A stretch of DNA of 62,631 nucleotides, the filler included, from Nemertoderma westbladi (Eukaryota > Animalia > Xenacoelomorpha), in assembly GCA_032718475.1 (NCBI GenBank). It is 3 parts of 3 records of this genome, joined end to end, with 100 filler letters (N's around TTAATTAATTAA, not from the genome) between each part and the next. Parts side by side here need not be neighbours in the genome. Positions count along the whole stretch, not along the records: positions 24,552 to 51,720 come from JAUCBJ010001590.1; positions 51,821 to 62,631 come from JAUCBJ010001261.1; 1 more part is not named here. One strand, written 5' to 3'. The position numbers were made by a program, and so were the translations under genes. The notes beneath the pieces were generated by a model, which was not told where the DNA came from, ran no database searches, and saw only the letters and a list, made by a program, of their open reading frames with translations. This document shows positions 47,154 to 58,207 of this stretch, one piece after another; the stretch's first letter is position 1; each line of letters starts with the position of its first letter.

Positions 47154-48757
47154 CAGCGTCTGGAGTGGGTGTGTGACTATATTATTTTATATTTGTTTTT
47201 ATTATTTTATATTTATGTATGTATTATTATGTAATTTTATTATAATAGTTTTCTTTAATTTTATTTAGTAGAATGTTATTTTAGCGATTATTTAGTAGAT
47301 TAGTGCAATATATATTAGTGTTTATTACTTACTTAATTATATTATATTATATATTTAGTGCAACGGCGAGAAATAATTCTTTTTCTCTTTCCTTACTGTC
47401 CGTATTACATTACAAATGCGTGACTACAGTAAGATGAAATGTCTGTACTTCTTAAAGTACAATAAAGCTCCTACTATATTCAAGTATTATTGGTAAGTAG
47501 AGTATTAGGAATGCAAAATTCAGATCCTCGTGTCTCGGCTAAACCAAGCTCTGGGTAGACCTTGGAAACGACTTGCCTCTTCTCACTGACATTGCTTCTT
47601 GCAATATTGCTCTCATACCGTATATTAAATAATACATATAGTAGCGTGATGTCCCTTTAACAGTAGCGTAAAACGCAAAATAAATCTGTTAAACCCTTTG
47701 ACCATCTGTAATTCTAGTCTATTAAGATATCGTAGCACTTACCGATACTCTTAAAAGGACAAATTTCCTAGAATTCAGGATCCTAGTCCCCAGACATGCT
47801 CTGGAATAAAATTGTGTCTATTTAATATTAAATAATAAAATTTACGGGAATAAATTTAAATTCATATCTTTTAATGAATTTGATAAATTGTCATTTTTAT
47901 ACAATTTGTAACATTCCCAAAATTCCATTAATTAATAGATCATGGGAGCGGAGATTCACCCTATTAAGTGTATTAGTGTGCGAGAATCTCCAATATATAG
48001 TCAATAGCCGATAAAATTCATAAAATCATGTATAAAAGGATATTGACAATTAAAGAATTACTATTAAATAGCATCCCAGATCTGTATGCATGGAAATTAC
48101 CCTAATTCTACCGCTAGCTTTCCATAATGTCACCATAGCAACAACCACGCTAGAATTAGAAGCGAGTTAAAAGCACAATAAAGACTTGTCCCATTGAATA
48201 GCATAAGGAATAAATAGCACACTGCTAGTATCCAAGGATACCCAATAATAACGTGGCATTCTGGAAGGCACTTGACTAACGGACAAATGGCCCGAATTTG
48301 TGCGGTTTGTGACAGTTGTGTGGAATTTGTGCGTTTATAGGTGAATGTTACTACTAAAGTGTGTTTACAGTAGCGAGTCGCAATTGTGAAAGTAACCCTA
48401 ACTCTGCAGTAAGAACCTGAAGTAAATCTTAGCCCTTGGGACGGACAGTGGGGTGACTCGCGCTGGTTGTTGTTGTCGTTCTGTAGCTACTATGTTGGCG
48501 ATAAGCACAGCGGCGGCAGTGCATCAGCGCTGAGGATCTTGTGCTGTCCGGGGGCCATGAGGGGTAGGCAGCGACGCCCGCTAGCCTAATTATAAACTCA
48601 TTATAATATTGATAAACTCATATAGCAGATATGACTGAGTTGATAGAAGATGATCTTGGTATCAGGGAGCGATATACTCTACCTTTACAAGCGTTTGTTG
48701 ATAGCTTGATATGCGGCGACACTAGTCCAACTACTACGGAGGACGATGGTCGTTATA

Positions 48758-48933
48758 TCAGAGCATCCGAATCCAGTCTCCCTTAACCGTGGGTGAATGA
48801 TCGCGCATAGGCTGGCTTCGGCTAATGTAAATTTATGTGTATCAAATACTTGTTATAGGCTAAAGTCGATTTATAACCTAGAAGACACCTAAATTTGGCA
48901 GGTTAAACTGCTAAAGGTCTAAAAGCGCGAACA
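48758..48933 (+). repeat. 3' terminal direct repeat of element 2
   Basis: Second copy of 40346-40513, ending in AACA. Confidence 0.9.
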
Positions 48934-48949
48934 GCCTTTGCTCATATAC

Positions 48950-49314
48950 TGTGACGGTATCCACTGGAGTTGACTTGACAGTGGTGGATACCGACCGGTG
49001 TAGGTTGTACGCGTCGTCGCGTCGCTGGGCTAAGGCTGGATATATATGTTTGGCCAAAGGCCGATGAAAACAATATTATATAAAAATCATATAATAAAAT
49101 CATATAATAAATATTATATAAATTATATAGTAAAGATCAATTTAATAATACAAGGTGTCCTACAGCTCTCTCTGTCATCAAATCCAGTCTCCCACATCCG
49201 GTGGGTCATACGCTGAGCTAGACTGACTTCGGCTGTGTTCATTTGTACGGGCTGTCAGGTATTAATATACATAAATTAGCAGGTTAAACTGTTAAAGGTC
49301 TAAAAGTACGAACA
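48950..49314 (+). repeat. Putative 5' LTR of element 3
   Basis: Starts TGTGACGG and ends AACA, with a TATA-rich middle. The last ~135 bp are a diverged homolog of the element 2 repeat (AATCCAGTCTCCC...GCAGGTTAAACTGTTAAAGGTCTAAAAGTACGAACA). Confidence 0.7.
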
Positions 49315-49330
49315 TAAATCAATACTGCAC

Positions 49331-49588
49331 TGTAATGAACTGGCTGACTGGTACTGGCTGACGTTGTGTTTATTGTAAGCGGAACCAAATCCCTGCACTA
49401 CCCAGCGGAAAATGGGGAAAGTGGCTTTTACCAAACAGCTGGGGATAATGGCAACAGGGAGTGCCAAAGGAAAGATTATAGGTTAGCCAATGGTGGCACG
49501 GAATACCATCTCATTGGGGTGCATTCATTGGCCAGGCCACATAGAGCAGTAGGAATATTCAATATGTGTTAGTAATATAATCGTTACA
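49331..49588 (-). repeat. Complete 258-bp LTR-like sequence of a different family, antisense in the element 3 leader
   Basis: Minus strand: TGTAA...TTACA termini, two CCAAT boxes, TATAA, and AATAAA about 40 bp before the end. No TSD. Confidence 0.65.
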
Positions 49589-50069
49589 CTTATTACTTGT
49601 TATTCAGTTGGTTTGTGTAGAGTTGGGAAAGCAAGACGGTTTAAACTGTGATGGGATCCCCGAGTTGGCGAGGGAATCCCGACCGGGTGTGTTTGCTTTC
49701 GTGCTATACGCATCGCCGCGTCCATAGGCTGCTGAAAGGCTTAATGGTATCTGAGTTTAGAAGGCCGAAGGCTGGTTGAATAACTGAGTTTTAGTGGCAG
49801 TTGTTCGTAATGTCAGAATATAATAATAGCACAATCAGAATATAATAGCATGGTTAATGACGACGGTTAAAACCGTCTTGCTTCCCCAACTCTACACAGA
49901 CCAACTGAATAACAAGTAATAAGTGTAACGGTTATATTACTAACACATATTGACTATTCCTACTGCTCTACGTGGCCTGGCCAATGAATGCACCCCAATC
50001 AGATGGTATTCCGTGCCACCATTGGCCAACCTATAATCTTTCCTTTGGCACTCCCGTTGCCATTATCCC
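49442..50069. repeat. Long inverted repeat 1 (arms 49442-49646 and 49866-50069; 219-bp loop)
   Basis: Manual reverse-complement comparison gives about 9 differences in about 205 bp. Confidence 0.95.
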
Positions 50070-50181
50070 TACGTGATAGCCCCACTGTCCCTCTGAGATG
50101 GCTTATGGCCTCTCATATCTACTTGTGGCTGGCAATGTGTATTGCCTTTGTTGGTATATTGGGTGAGCAGAAGTCGAACGA

Positions 50182-50591
50182 TTTTCAACTGTGACGGGAT
50201 CCCCGAGTTGGCGAGGGTATCCCAGCCGCGTTTTGTCTTGGTTCAATATGCATCGTCGTTGTCTGTTGTCATTGTGATTACTGATTGTGCTATACTACCA
50301 GTACTTGTGATGGGATCCCCGAATTGGCGAGGGAATCCCGACCGGGTTTTGTCTTGGTTCAATATGCGTCGCCGCGTCCGCTTGCTGTGGCTGAATGACT
50401 GAAGGCCAAAGGCCGGTTATAATAAAAGAGTTTGATGTTAATGTTGTTAATCTCTGATAAGTATAGAAGTACTGGTAGTATAGCACAATCAGTAATCACA
50501 ATGACAGCAGACAACAACGATGCGTATTGAACCAAGACAAAACCCAGTCAGGATTCCCTCGTCAACTTGGAGATTCCGTCACAGTTGAAAA
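50182..50591. repeat. Long inverted repeat 2 (arms 50182-50306 and 50467-50591; 160-bp loop)
   Basis: Manual comparison gives 13 differences in 125 bp, 6 of them G-U compatible in a + strand transcript. Confidence 0.95.
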
Positions 50592-50625
50592 CCAGACTCA
50601 GTTGTGACGACGATACGCTAACAAC

Positions 50626-51720
50626 ATGCCAACGGTGAGCGAACGAATGCTCCAGGGTTCAGAGAGGGGCGGAAGTCTGCCGCGAACCCTGGGCGACAGA
50701 GACCAAACGATTCGGGAAGCGGAGACGAGGCGGTATCAGCCCGCCACACCGCATTCGCCGAGGAACGACGATTTGGTGGTAGAGGAGGAAGGCGGATGGG
50801 TATGAGGGGACAAGAAACGGGCTGACCGGAGTTAACACGGGATGGGAGCGGCGGGAGGAATACCGGAGTCGCCAGCCAACCAGTGGCTACAGGCGGCGAG
50901 CGGCCTACCGGAACGGCAACGGTGGGGTCGATGGTACCACACTGGCCAAGAAGTCGAGGAGGAGAACTTCGGGACGAGCGATCGACTATGACGCACGTAC
51001 AACGCGACGAGGAAATGCTAAAGGATGCTAAGACAGGAGGAAAGGTAGACGAGCCCAAGTTGAATCGGAGACTCGGTGAGTGTAATAAACATTTTCACTA
51101 CCTAGCCCGATTTGGGCAGGGAGAACTGACGAGTGAAAGGGCGAGAGGGGTCACCACAGAACTGTTTGAATTGTGGTGATCTGAGATAATACCGTATGGT
51201 GTAGTGTGCATAGGGCCTTATCTGGTGGATGCGCAGGGAATTAAGTTAGTGGGATGGGCAGATCCGCACGACGCCGAACCTGAGGTTGACCCCAAGGATT
51301 CGGTGTCGTCGGTTAGTAAAAATGCTAGCAGGCACAATAAAATCAGTAAAACCGGGAGGCGACGGGAGTCCGTCCCAACCAAAAAGTCCGCTATACCCTC
51401 CGCGAAAGCAAGAAGGGTGTGTCTGGCATGTCAGCTAGACATGGTCGCATTGGACCAAGAAGATTTAGAGAGACAGTTAGACGAGGAAACTACATTGTTA
51501 GAGTGGGAGTTAGCGAGAGAGTGTAAAGAGAGGGCCGAGAAAGTGGCGAGAGAGTGTAGAGAGAGAGGGAGGGCTGCGAGGGAAGCAGAGAGGGTTGAGA
51601 GGGAAATGAGAGAGCGTAGAGAACGAGAGGCGAGGAACGAGCGCAAAGAGCGAGACGCGAGGGAAGCTGAGAGGATTGGGAAAGAGAGGGAGTTGGTGAA
51701 CCAGAGTATTAGAGAGGACA
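50626..51720 (+). pseudogene. N-terminal part of a BEL/Pao-like Gag (element 3), interrupted by stops and cut by the gap
   Basis: VDPKDSVSSVS motif followed by an E/R-rich coiled coil, as in Pao Gag N-termini. Confidence 0.6.
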
Positions 51721-51820
51721 NNNNNNNNNNNNNNNNNNNNNNNNNNNNNNNNNNNNNNNNNNNNTTAATTAATTAANNNNNNNNNNNNNNNNNNNNNNNN
51801 NNNNNNNNNNNNNNNNNNNN
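51721..51820. other. Assembly linker (44 N + TTAATTAATTAA + 44 N)
   Basis: Identical in form to 24452-24551. Confidence 0.97.
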
Positions 51821-51869
51821 TACAGTAGGTTCTGCAGTTTGCAGTACCGGTAGCATACCGGTACTAGGC

Positions 51870-52148
51870 CTTTATTTTCTCTCCTATATTTCCCCCGTAA
51901 AGTTTTTATTTTCTCCCTTATATTCCCCCCCTAGAGTTTTTATTTTCTCCTTTATATTTCCCCCCTAGAGTCTTTATCTACTCCCCTATATTTCCCCACT
52001 AGAGTCTTTATTTACTCCCATATATTTACCCCCTAGAGTCTTTATTTACTCCCATATATATTCCCCCTGGACTCTTTATTTACCCCCTTATATTTCCCCC
52101 CATAGACTTTATTTACTCGCTATATCCCCCCCCCCCCCCCCCCCCCCC
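51870..52148. repeat. About 33-bp pyrimidine-rich minisatellite ending at the BAK1 splice acceptor
   Basis: CTTTATTTACTCCC.TATATTTCCCCC.TAGAGT repeated about 8 times. Confidence 0.85.
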
Positions 52149-52151
52149 TAG

Positions 52152-52403
52152 AGGTTTCATGTACTACCGCATGGAACACGAACAGCTGCGTGAACGCGGC
52201 CACGAGGGCGTGGTATCGACCCCGGGCGTTGACGCCTTTATGAACTTCAACCGACTTAGTCCCACCGCACACGTAGCGCGGTCACTCGCGACAATAGGTG
52301 AGGATATATACGAACGCTACGCAGACGAGTTCGACGGGATGATGAGATCGTTGTCAGTGAACGAGCACACAGCCTACAGCACCTTCAGAGATATAGCCAG
52401 GAG
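52152..52403 (+). CDS. BAK1: Bak-like pro-apoptotic Bcl-2 family protein, BH3-containing exon
   Basis: VARSLATIGEDIYERYADEFDGMM...AYSTFRDIA matches Bak VGRQLAIIGDDINRRYDSEFQTML...AYEYFTKIA. Donor AG|GTAGG. Confidence 0.88.
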
Positions 52404-52554
52404 GTAGGGAAGACAAGTTAACATCTTTACCATCTTTTCATCTTTACCATCTTTGTCCATCTTTACCATCGCTGTCATTTTCTGATGACATGGGTCATTT
52501 TCTGATGACATGGACCCCCCCCCCCCCCCCCCACCCCCCAACTTTTTCTACAAA

Positions 52555-52867
52555 TCTTTATCATATTGCTTGAAATTTGAAACACAACTAGTTCATCTCA
52601 CCGTTGATGACCCCATGAAGCCGGAATTTTCGATTTTGCATTTAAAGATTTGTTATAAGCGTTTTAAAAAAAGTGTCTTTTGCGAAATCGCACCCTCAGT
52701 ATCATTGAATGGCCACGATAGCGGAGGGTGCGATTTCGCAAAAGACACTTTTTTTAAAACGCTTAGAAACAATTCTTAGAAGGAAAAATCGAAAATTCCG
52801 GCTTCATGGGGTCATCGACGGTGAGTTGAACTAGTTGTGTTTCAAATTTCAAACAATATGATGAAGA
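52555..52867. mobile_element. Palindromic MITE (fold-back of about 310 bp)
   Basis: The arms TCATATTG.TTGAAATTTGAAACACAACTAGTTCA...GCGAAATCGCACCCTC and their reverse complement are both present. Confidence 0.85.
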
Positions 52868-53615
52868 GGGGTCCGTGTTATCCGTGTTGGAGTAATTACT
52901 TACAGTTTTACAGTATATATAGTATTTAGATAGTATAGTATTTACAGTATATAATATGTCGAATAGGCTAACATTGTTTTTATAATTCTCGCCTGTTGTG
53001 GATAACTCACACTTATATTGTTAAAGCTCTATAAATAATAATTTAACATGATTTTCTGAGGAAGTGGTAAAGTAAGATAGACTTGACTGGGGGTTGAATC
53101 GGGTCTTTCTTTACCGACACTAAATTAACAAAACAATATTTGTTACTACCGTTTCATTATCACCTCAACACAAATTCATTTAATATTCAAATGATGTTCA
53201 AATGGATATGAAGGATGTCTGTCTCGATAAAGATATACAAATACCGATGTGACAGAAATCCGTGGAGGTATAAATTCGACGATTTTTAAACCTTGAAGTC
53301 CACCTTTCTACCATCTGTAGTATTATATATATATTGATAGAAAAGACGTTTTATTTACAAACGTTTTAAAATAAAATAATGGAAGAGAGAATAACAATTC
53401 CCTAAATACAATTAATGTTGCCGTTATTCCCGACACCATGGGAAAAACGCCGATGCTGGAGGCAGAATTTTCAGACCACGGGATTCCGGCCATAATCACC
53501 GGGTATTGGAAGTGGAGAAGGAGTACTATCTGAGATGCAAGATTGCAGTCGAGAAAAAGTTGCATTGGTTGGAAATAATCTTTAATGTAACCTTGATCGA
53601 TACTGAACCTTGATT

Positions 53616-54997
53616 AAGTCCCCAGCAAGTCTCTGATCGGATGAGCATAAGCTCAAAGGATGGTATGCTTGAGCATGTGGACGACTTCTGTTACCTGGGA
53701 TCATGGATCCGGAAGTCAGGTGAGGACCTTCGACTACGTAAGGGAAAGGCATGGGCAGTCTTGAATAGGCTTTCCAGGATTTGGAAGTCACCGAGAATTA
53801 ATCGGAAACTTAACACGGGGTGGGGTACACCATTTTGGTCAAAAATATGTCGAAATTATTTTTATGATCTATTATAATGCACGATTAAATGGTGTTTTCA
53901 TATCTGAAAACCGCTATTTAATAGCTCTTTTAGTTTTCAAGTTATAACAATTTCCATTTAGGGAGACCTATTAAAATTACTATAATGAAAGGTCGTTTAT
54001 CTCCAAATATTTTTTTTATGAAATTGTCAACTTCAAAACCCTACTACTTCTATAATTTTAGAGTAATTAGTCTGGAAATTTCTGTGGGTGTAAAAAAGCA
54101 TAAAAGTATCAGACAACATTTTGAAATTTCTTGGTAATAAAATTTAATACTATTTATAACAAACCTAAAAAATTAGCAAAAATTTGCAGCGCCACCTAGC
54201 GGTTCAGAATTATATTCGCAAAATTTAGCCTGATATTTATGTTGCCCCATCTTTGATCTATCATATAAAAAAACTTTCATGTGATTAAATTCAAAACTGT
54301 AAAAGCCTTAGGGTTTTAAACTAGTATTCACTTTAATATTAAATAGCGAAAAAAAAATTTTCTGACCTGTTCTGTAGAATAGCATCTTGGGCACCTATAT
54401 TCCAAATTATAGCCCAAAACAAAAAATTTTGAAACGCTGAGAGTGATAAATCGACGAAGAGTTATCCGAAAATGGTGTACCCCCCCCCCCCCCCCCCCCC
54501 CCCCCTTAAGGTCCGATTATTTAGAGCAGCAGTAGTTCCAGTACTCCTCTATGGGAGTCCATGCTGGGCTCTAACTGCTGAGGACACCAAATATCTGGAT
54601 GGCACATTCACAAGAATGCTACGCCGGTTTCATTGTGTCAAGGACAATGCACACATCTCCAACCAGACACTATATAACATTGGAGGTGTCTCATTGGTTC
54701 CCCCAAGCTTGACACTAGAACAAAATCGCCTCCGCTTTGCAGGACATTGCTTTCGCCGTGAGGACCAGCCAGTGCATAATCTTGTGCTTTGGCAGCCTCA
54801 TGGAGTGAATAAGCATGGTGGACAGCCCATGACTTTCTTGAGACACATCTTAAAGGACACTGGCCTTGAAGATGCGGATGATCTAGCAAATGTCATGGGT
54901 GATAGGGAGTTGTGGCGGATCAATTTTGTTGACAAGCTGGCACAGCATTCTTAAAAATGCAGCTGCAATGCAGCATGCCGATCCTAATAGTAGTCTA
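53616..54997 (+). mobile_element. RTE-clade LINE fragment split by a TTAA element
   Basis: Same family as the other RTE copies. 11-bp TSD GAACCTTGATT at 53605-53615 and 54998-55008. Confidence 0.9.
53814..54505. mobile_element. TTAA-targeting non-autonomous DNA transposon (Kolobok- or piggyBac-like)
   Basis: TTAA is duplicated at the RTE site AAAC-TTAA-GGTCC. TIR GGGGTACACCATTTT / AAAATGGTGTACCCC. Confidence 0.85.
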
Positions 54998-56284
54998 GAA
55001 CCTTGATTGAGAATAGTTTGGGCTTCAGTCGGTAGACCCGGTTGCGTGTCCGTCCCACCCTTCCCGAACCCCGAGGGATCGGTTATCAGGAAAGCGGTAC
55101 GGCTTGGCTAGGGGTCTGTCAGTTCATCGCAGGGTCCCAACCACCTAAGCTTTCCGAATCCTTTTCAGGCTCGTAGTCGCTTCGGTAGCCGAGAAGCTGC
55201 TCCGAATAGTCGGTAGGCCAGTAGAGTCCGGTCCTTTGTCTTTCGACCCTGTTGCGTGTCTGTCCCACCCTTCCCGAACCCCAAAGGGATCGGTCATCAG
55301 GAAAGCGGTACGGCTTGGCTAGGGATCTGTCAGCCCGTTGTGAGTCCCAACTGTCGGTAGCTTTCCGAGTCCCTTTCAGGCTCGTAGTAACGCCGGTCGT
55401 GGAACCCACTCCTGGAAGGCAGTCCTCGTCGAACCCTTCCTCCGTTTAGTCGGTCGATCCGTCGCAAGTCCCTGGTGCAGTCGGCAAGCTTTCCGAGTCC
55501 CTTTCAGGCTCGTAATAACTGCCGGTGACCAGGGACCGCTAAGGATCTGTCTGTGAGTTAGCGAGTTAGGCCTAGCGAGTTACCAAATTCACCTCTACAG
55601 GCAGCAGGAAGTTGGCTAGGCCTAAATAGTATCAGGTAAACCTGAGTACTGCTTGATTTTGCCTCCCACCCTGATATGAGTCCCGTGCCCCGTAAGTCGC
55701 CCCAATATTCGCCCGTGAATCGCCCCCAGTCCATTGAATATACCCAAATTCCATGTTCCCGCACCCAGTACTGATATTGGAATATTCATTATAAATAAAT
55801 CCGAAAAAATATTCAACTCGCGTTATGAAAAGTTGAAATACCGCGAACAATTAATTACTAAATTAATTGGGAAGTTGTTATCAAAGAGTAAAAGTATTGG
55901 TTAATCAATTTAATTTATTATTTTTTTGTCTTTTACATTTAATAATATTAATATTGATTTGTTATAATTACTTTATTAATTACCTTAACGCAAATCCAAT
56001 CTCGGCGAATTAATGTCTCGAACTCAATGATAAATTATCAATTTAGGGAAAGGAGCAGGTTACAGTGGCACGTTATTTTAACCTAAACAATTTACGAATG
56101 TCAATAGAAAGGTTACCCTTTGATTTTTAGAAGTAATCAGCTGTTATTTGAGTCGAATTTCCGCTGGAGAGGGATGAATTGTGATTGAGTGGAAAGTCCC
56201 CCCTATCTGATTTTTCACTACCGGTAATTAATATAATTTAATTAAATATTGTTTCCCTTGTATCTCCAACAATATTGCCTTTAG

Positions 56285-56468
56285 ATTGTTTGCCGATGGC
56301 ATCATCAACTGGGGTCGCATAATCGCCCTTCTTCTATTCGGTTATAAACTCGCGGTTGAATCCTTTAAACGCGGATTCAACGAGTTCATATCGAGTATCA
56401 TCAGCTACGTAGCCAAGTTTATTATACTCGAGAAAATCTACAGTTGGGTTGCCGAGCAGGGCGGCTGG
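56285..56468 (+). CDS. BAK1: Bak-like protein, BH1/BH2 exon
   Basis: LFADGIINWGRIIALLLFGYKLA...WVAEQGGW. Acceptor TTTAG and donor GTTAGT. Phase matches the previous exon (AG+A = Arg). Confidence 0.92.
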
Positions 56469-56621
56469 GTTAGTTACAGTGCTGCACACTAGTGTTTATT
56501 TTTTTATTATGTTTGTAATTCTACATAACTTTTACCTCTTTGTGTGAAAAGTAGAATTTATCGGAGTTTTGCTACACTGAGGGCAGCCCGATTTGGAAGA
56601 TTTGTTTTCGATTTGATTTGA

Positions 56622-56917
56622 TTTCGAGGATTTGGAACTCACAGAGAATTAATCGGAAACTTAAGGTCCGATTATTTAGAGCAGCAGTAGTTCCAGTACT
56701 CCTCTACGGGAGTCCATGCTGGGCTCTAACTGCTGAGGACACCAAATCTCTGGATGGCACATTCACAAGAATGCTACGCCGGGTTTATTGTGTCAAGTAC
56801 AATGCACACATCTCCAACCAGACACTATATAACATTGGAGGTGTCTCATTGGTTCCCCCAAGCTTGACACTAGAACAAAATCGCCTCCGCTTTGCAGGAC
56901 ATTGTTTTCGCCGTGAT
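56622..56917 (+). mobile_element. RTE-clade LINE internal fragment
   Basis: INRKLKVRLFRAAVVPVLLYG...RLRFAGHCFRR. Joined to another repeat family at about 56918. Confidence 0.88.
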
Positions 56918-58207
56918 GGAGAAAATAGCATGGTGAACGCTCATATCTCAGTTATTTTTCAACGAACTTCAAATTGTGTTACATATTTAGAATCCTTGCA
57001 TGACCAGCTTTCCATTGGTACCAACAAACAGCTATAAGGTAGGAGAATAACTGCGGTGTAACTGGTGTAATATCGCTGGAGACACTTTTTTTAAACGCTT
57101 GTAGCTAAAGATTGAAAGCAAAAATAAAAATTCTGGCTCACCCAGTCAGTGGTCGGGAGGTGAAACTATCTCTGTTTCAAATTTCATGCAATCTCATTAC
57201 GATTTGTAGAAAAATTAGGGGGGGGGGGCAGGTACCTGAATTAGGACACTATATTCTGGGACATGCTAGTAGTACCTTACAGCAGTCCCTTTGTTTATCC
57301 CGTCTATCTTACAGGCCCAGTCTCAATTGGTACCCGGTGTCAACCAGGATATAATTCCCCGCAATTACGTCGCCTTAGTGGTCAGCCTCGTGGCCGGAGT
57401 TACATTATACCGTTGGTACAAGGGCATATAGTCCCACCAATCACATCCATCCGTTTATAAACTAACCGCAGTGCGAGTTCATATAACAACCTGTTGATGG
57501 CGTCTCACCCAAGTGCTGATTCTTACCATAACCACCGGATGGCGCTGTTACTATTATTATTATTATTGTTATTATCGTACAGTGAATAAGAAATAATTAT
57601 GCACGTACAGTTAGACAGACATAAATATATGCTGCTTTCCTATGTCATTGGACTTTTCCCAAATACTGTATTTTTTTATTTATTACTTATAATGTAATGA
57701 TTAATGTGGAAATAGTTGAGCGCAGAAACTGACGGATTATTCGCGAATTTCGTAGAATTTATTTATTTAATATATTGGTTGCGCTAAACGCATCAATGTT
57801 TATTTTGATTCTAGTTTTTGCCAAATTATTTTAAATCTTCTCTTACATTTTCGTTTTTTACTCCTAATAAAATATTAGTGTTCTATAACAAACATTACAA
57901 TTGTTCTAGAACATTTTTTTCGGTACTTTACCTGAATTGTTTCCTAAATATCGACCCTAAAGTATAAACTTTAAAATAACTTTTATTCTACAAAGGTGAA
58001 AATAATCACAATTAGTTGTTGTAAATAATGATGATTAGCAAATTAACTACAGAAAATAAAATAATATTTGGTGTGTATTGTTGAGTGCCAAGCAATATAA
58101 TAACGGGATATTGTTACCAACAATGAACTGTTATATTAACAATCAAAAGAACGGCTAACAGAGACAGGCTGTGATTATAGCAAGCCCCAATATTGTAATG
58201 TATTGTA

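Larger units (their letters stand above)
40346..48933 (+). mobile_element. BEL/Pao-derived non-autonomous retroelement 2 (Gag-protease only) bounded by direct repeats
   Basis: Direct repeats at 40346-40513 and 48758-48933. Leader of about 1.9 kb, Gag-PR ORFs at 42430-47153, trailer of about 1.6 kb. Confidence 0.85.

Noticed and set aside
48758-49314. Hammerhead, HDV-like or twister ribozyme in the terminal repeats (retrozyme)
   Set aside because: I could not find the catalytic cores (CUGANGA...GAAA, or the HDV or twister consensus) by eye on either strand. A covariance-model scan would be needed to exclude them fully.
40346-49314. DIRS/Ngaro split-direct-repeat tyrosine recombinase element
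   Set aside because: There is no recombinase or RT, no B1/B2 repeat pair, and the Gag and protease are clearly BEL/Pao type.
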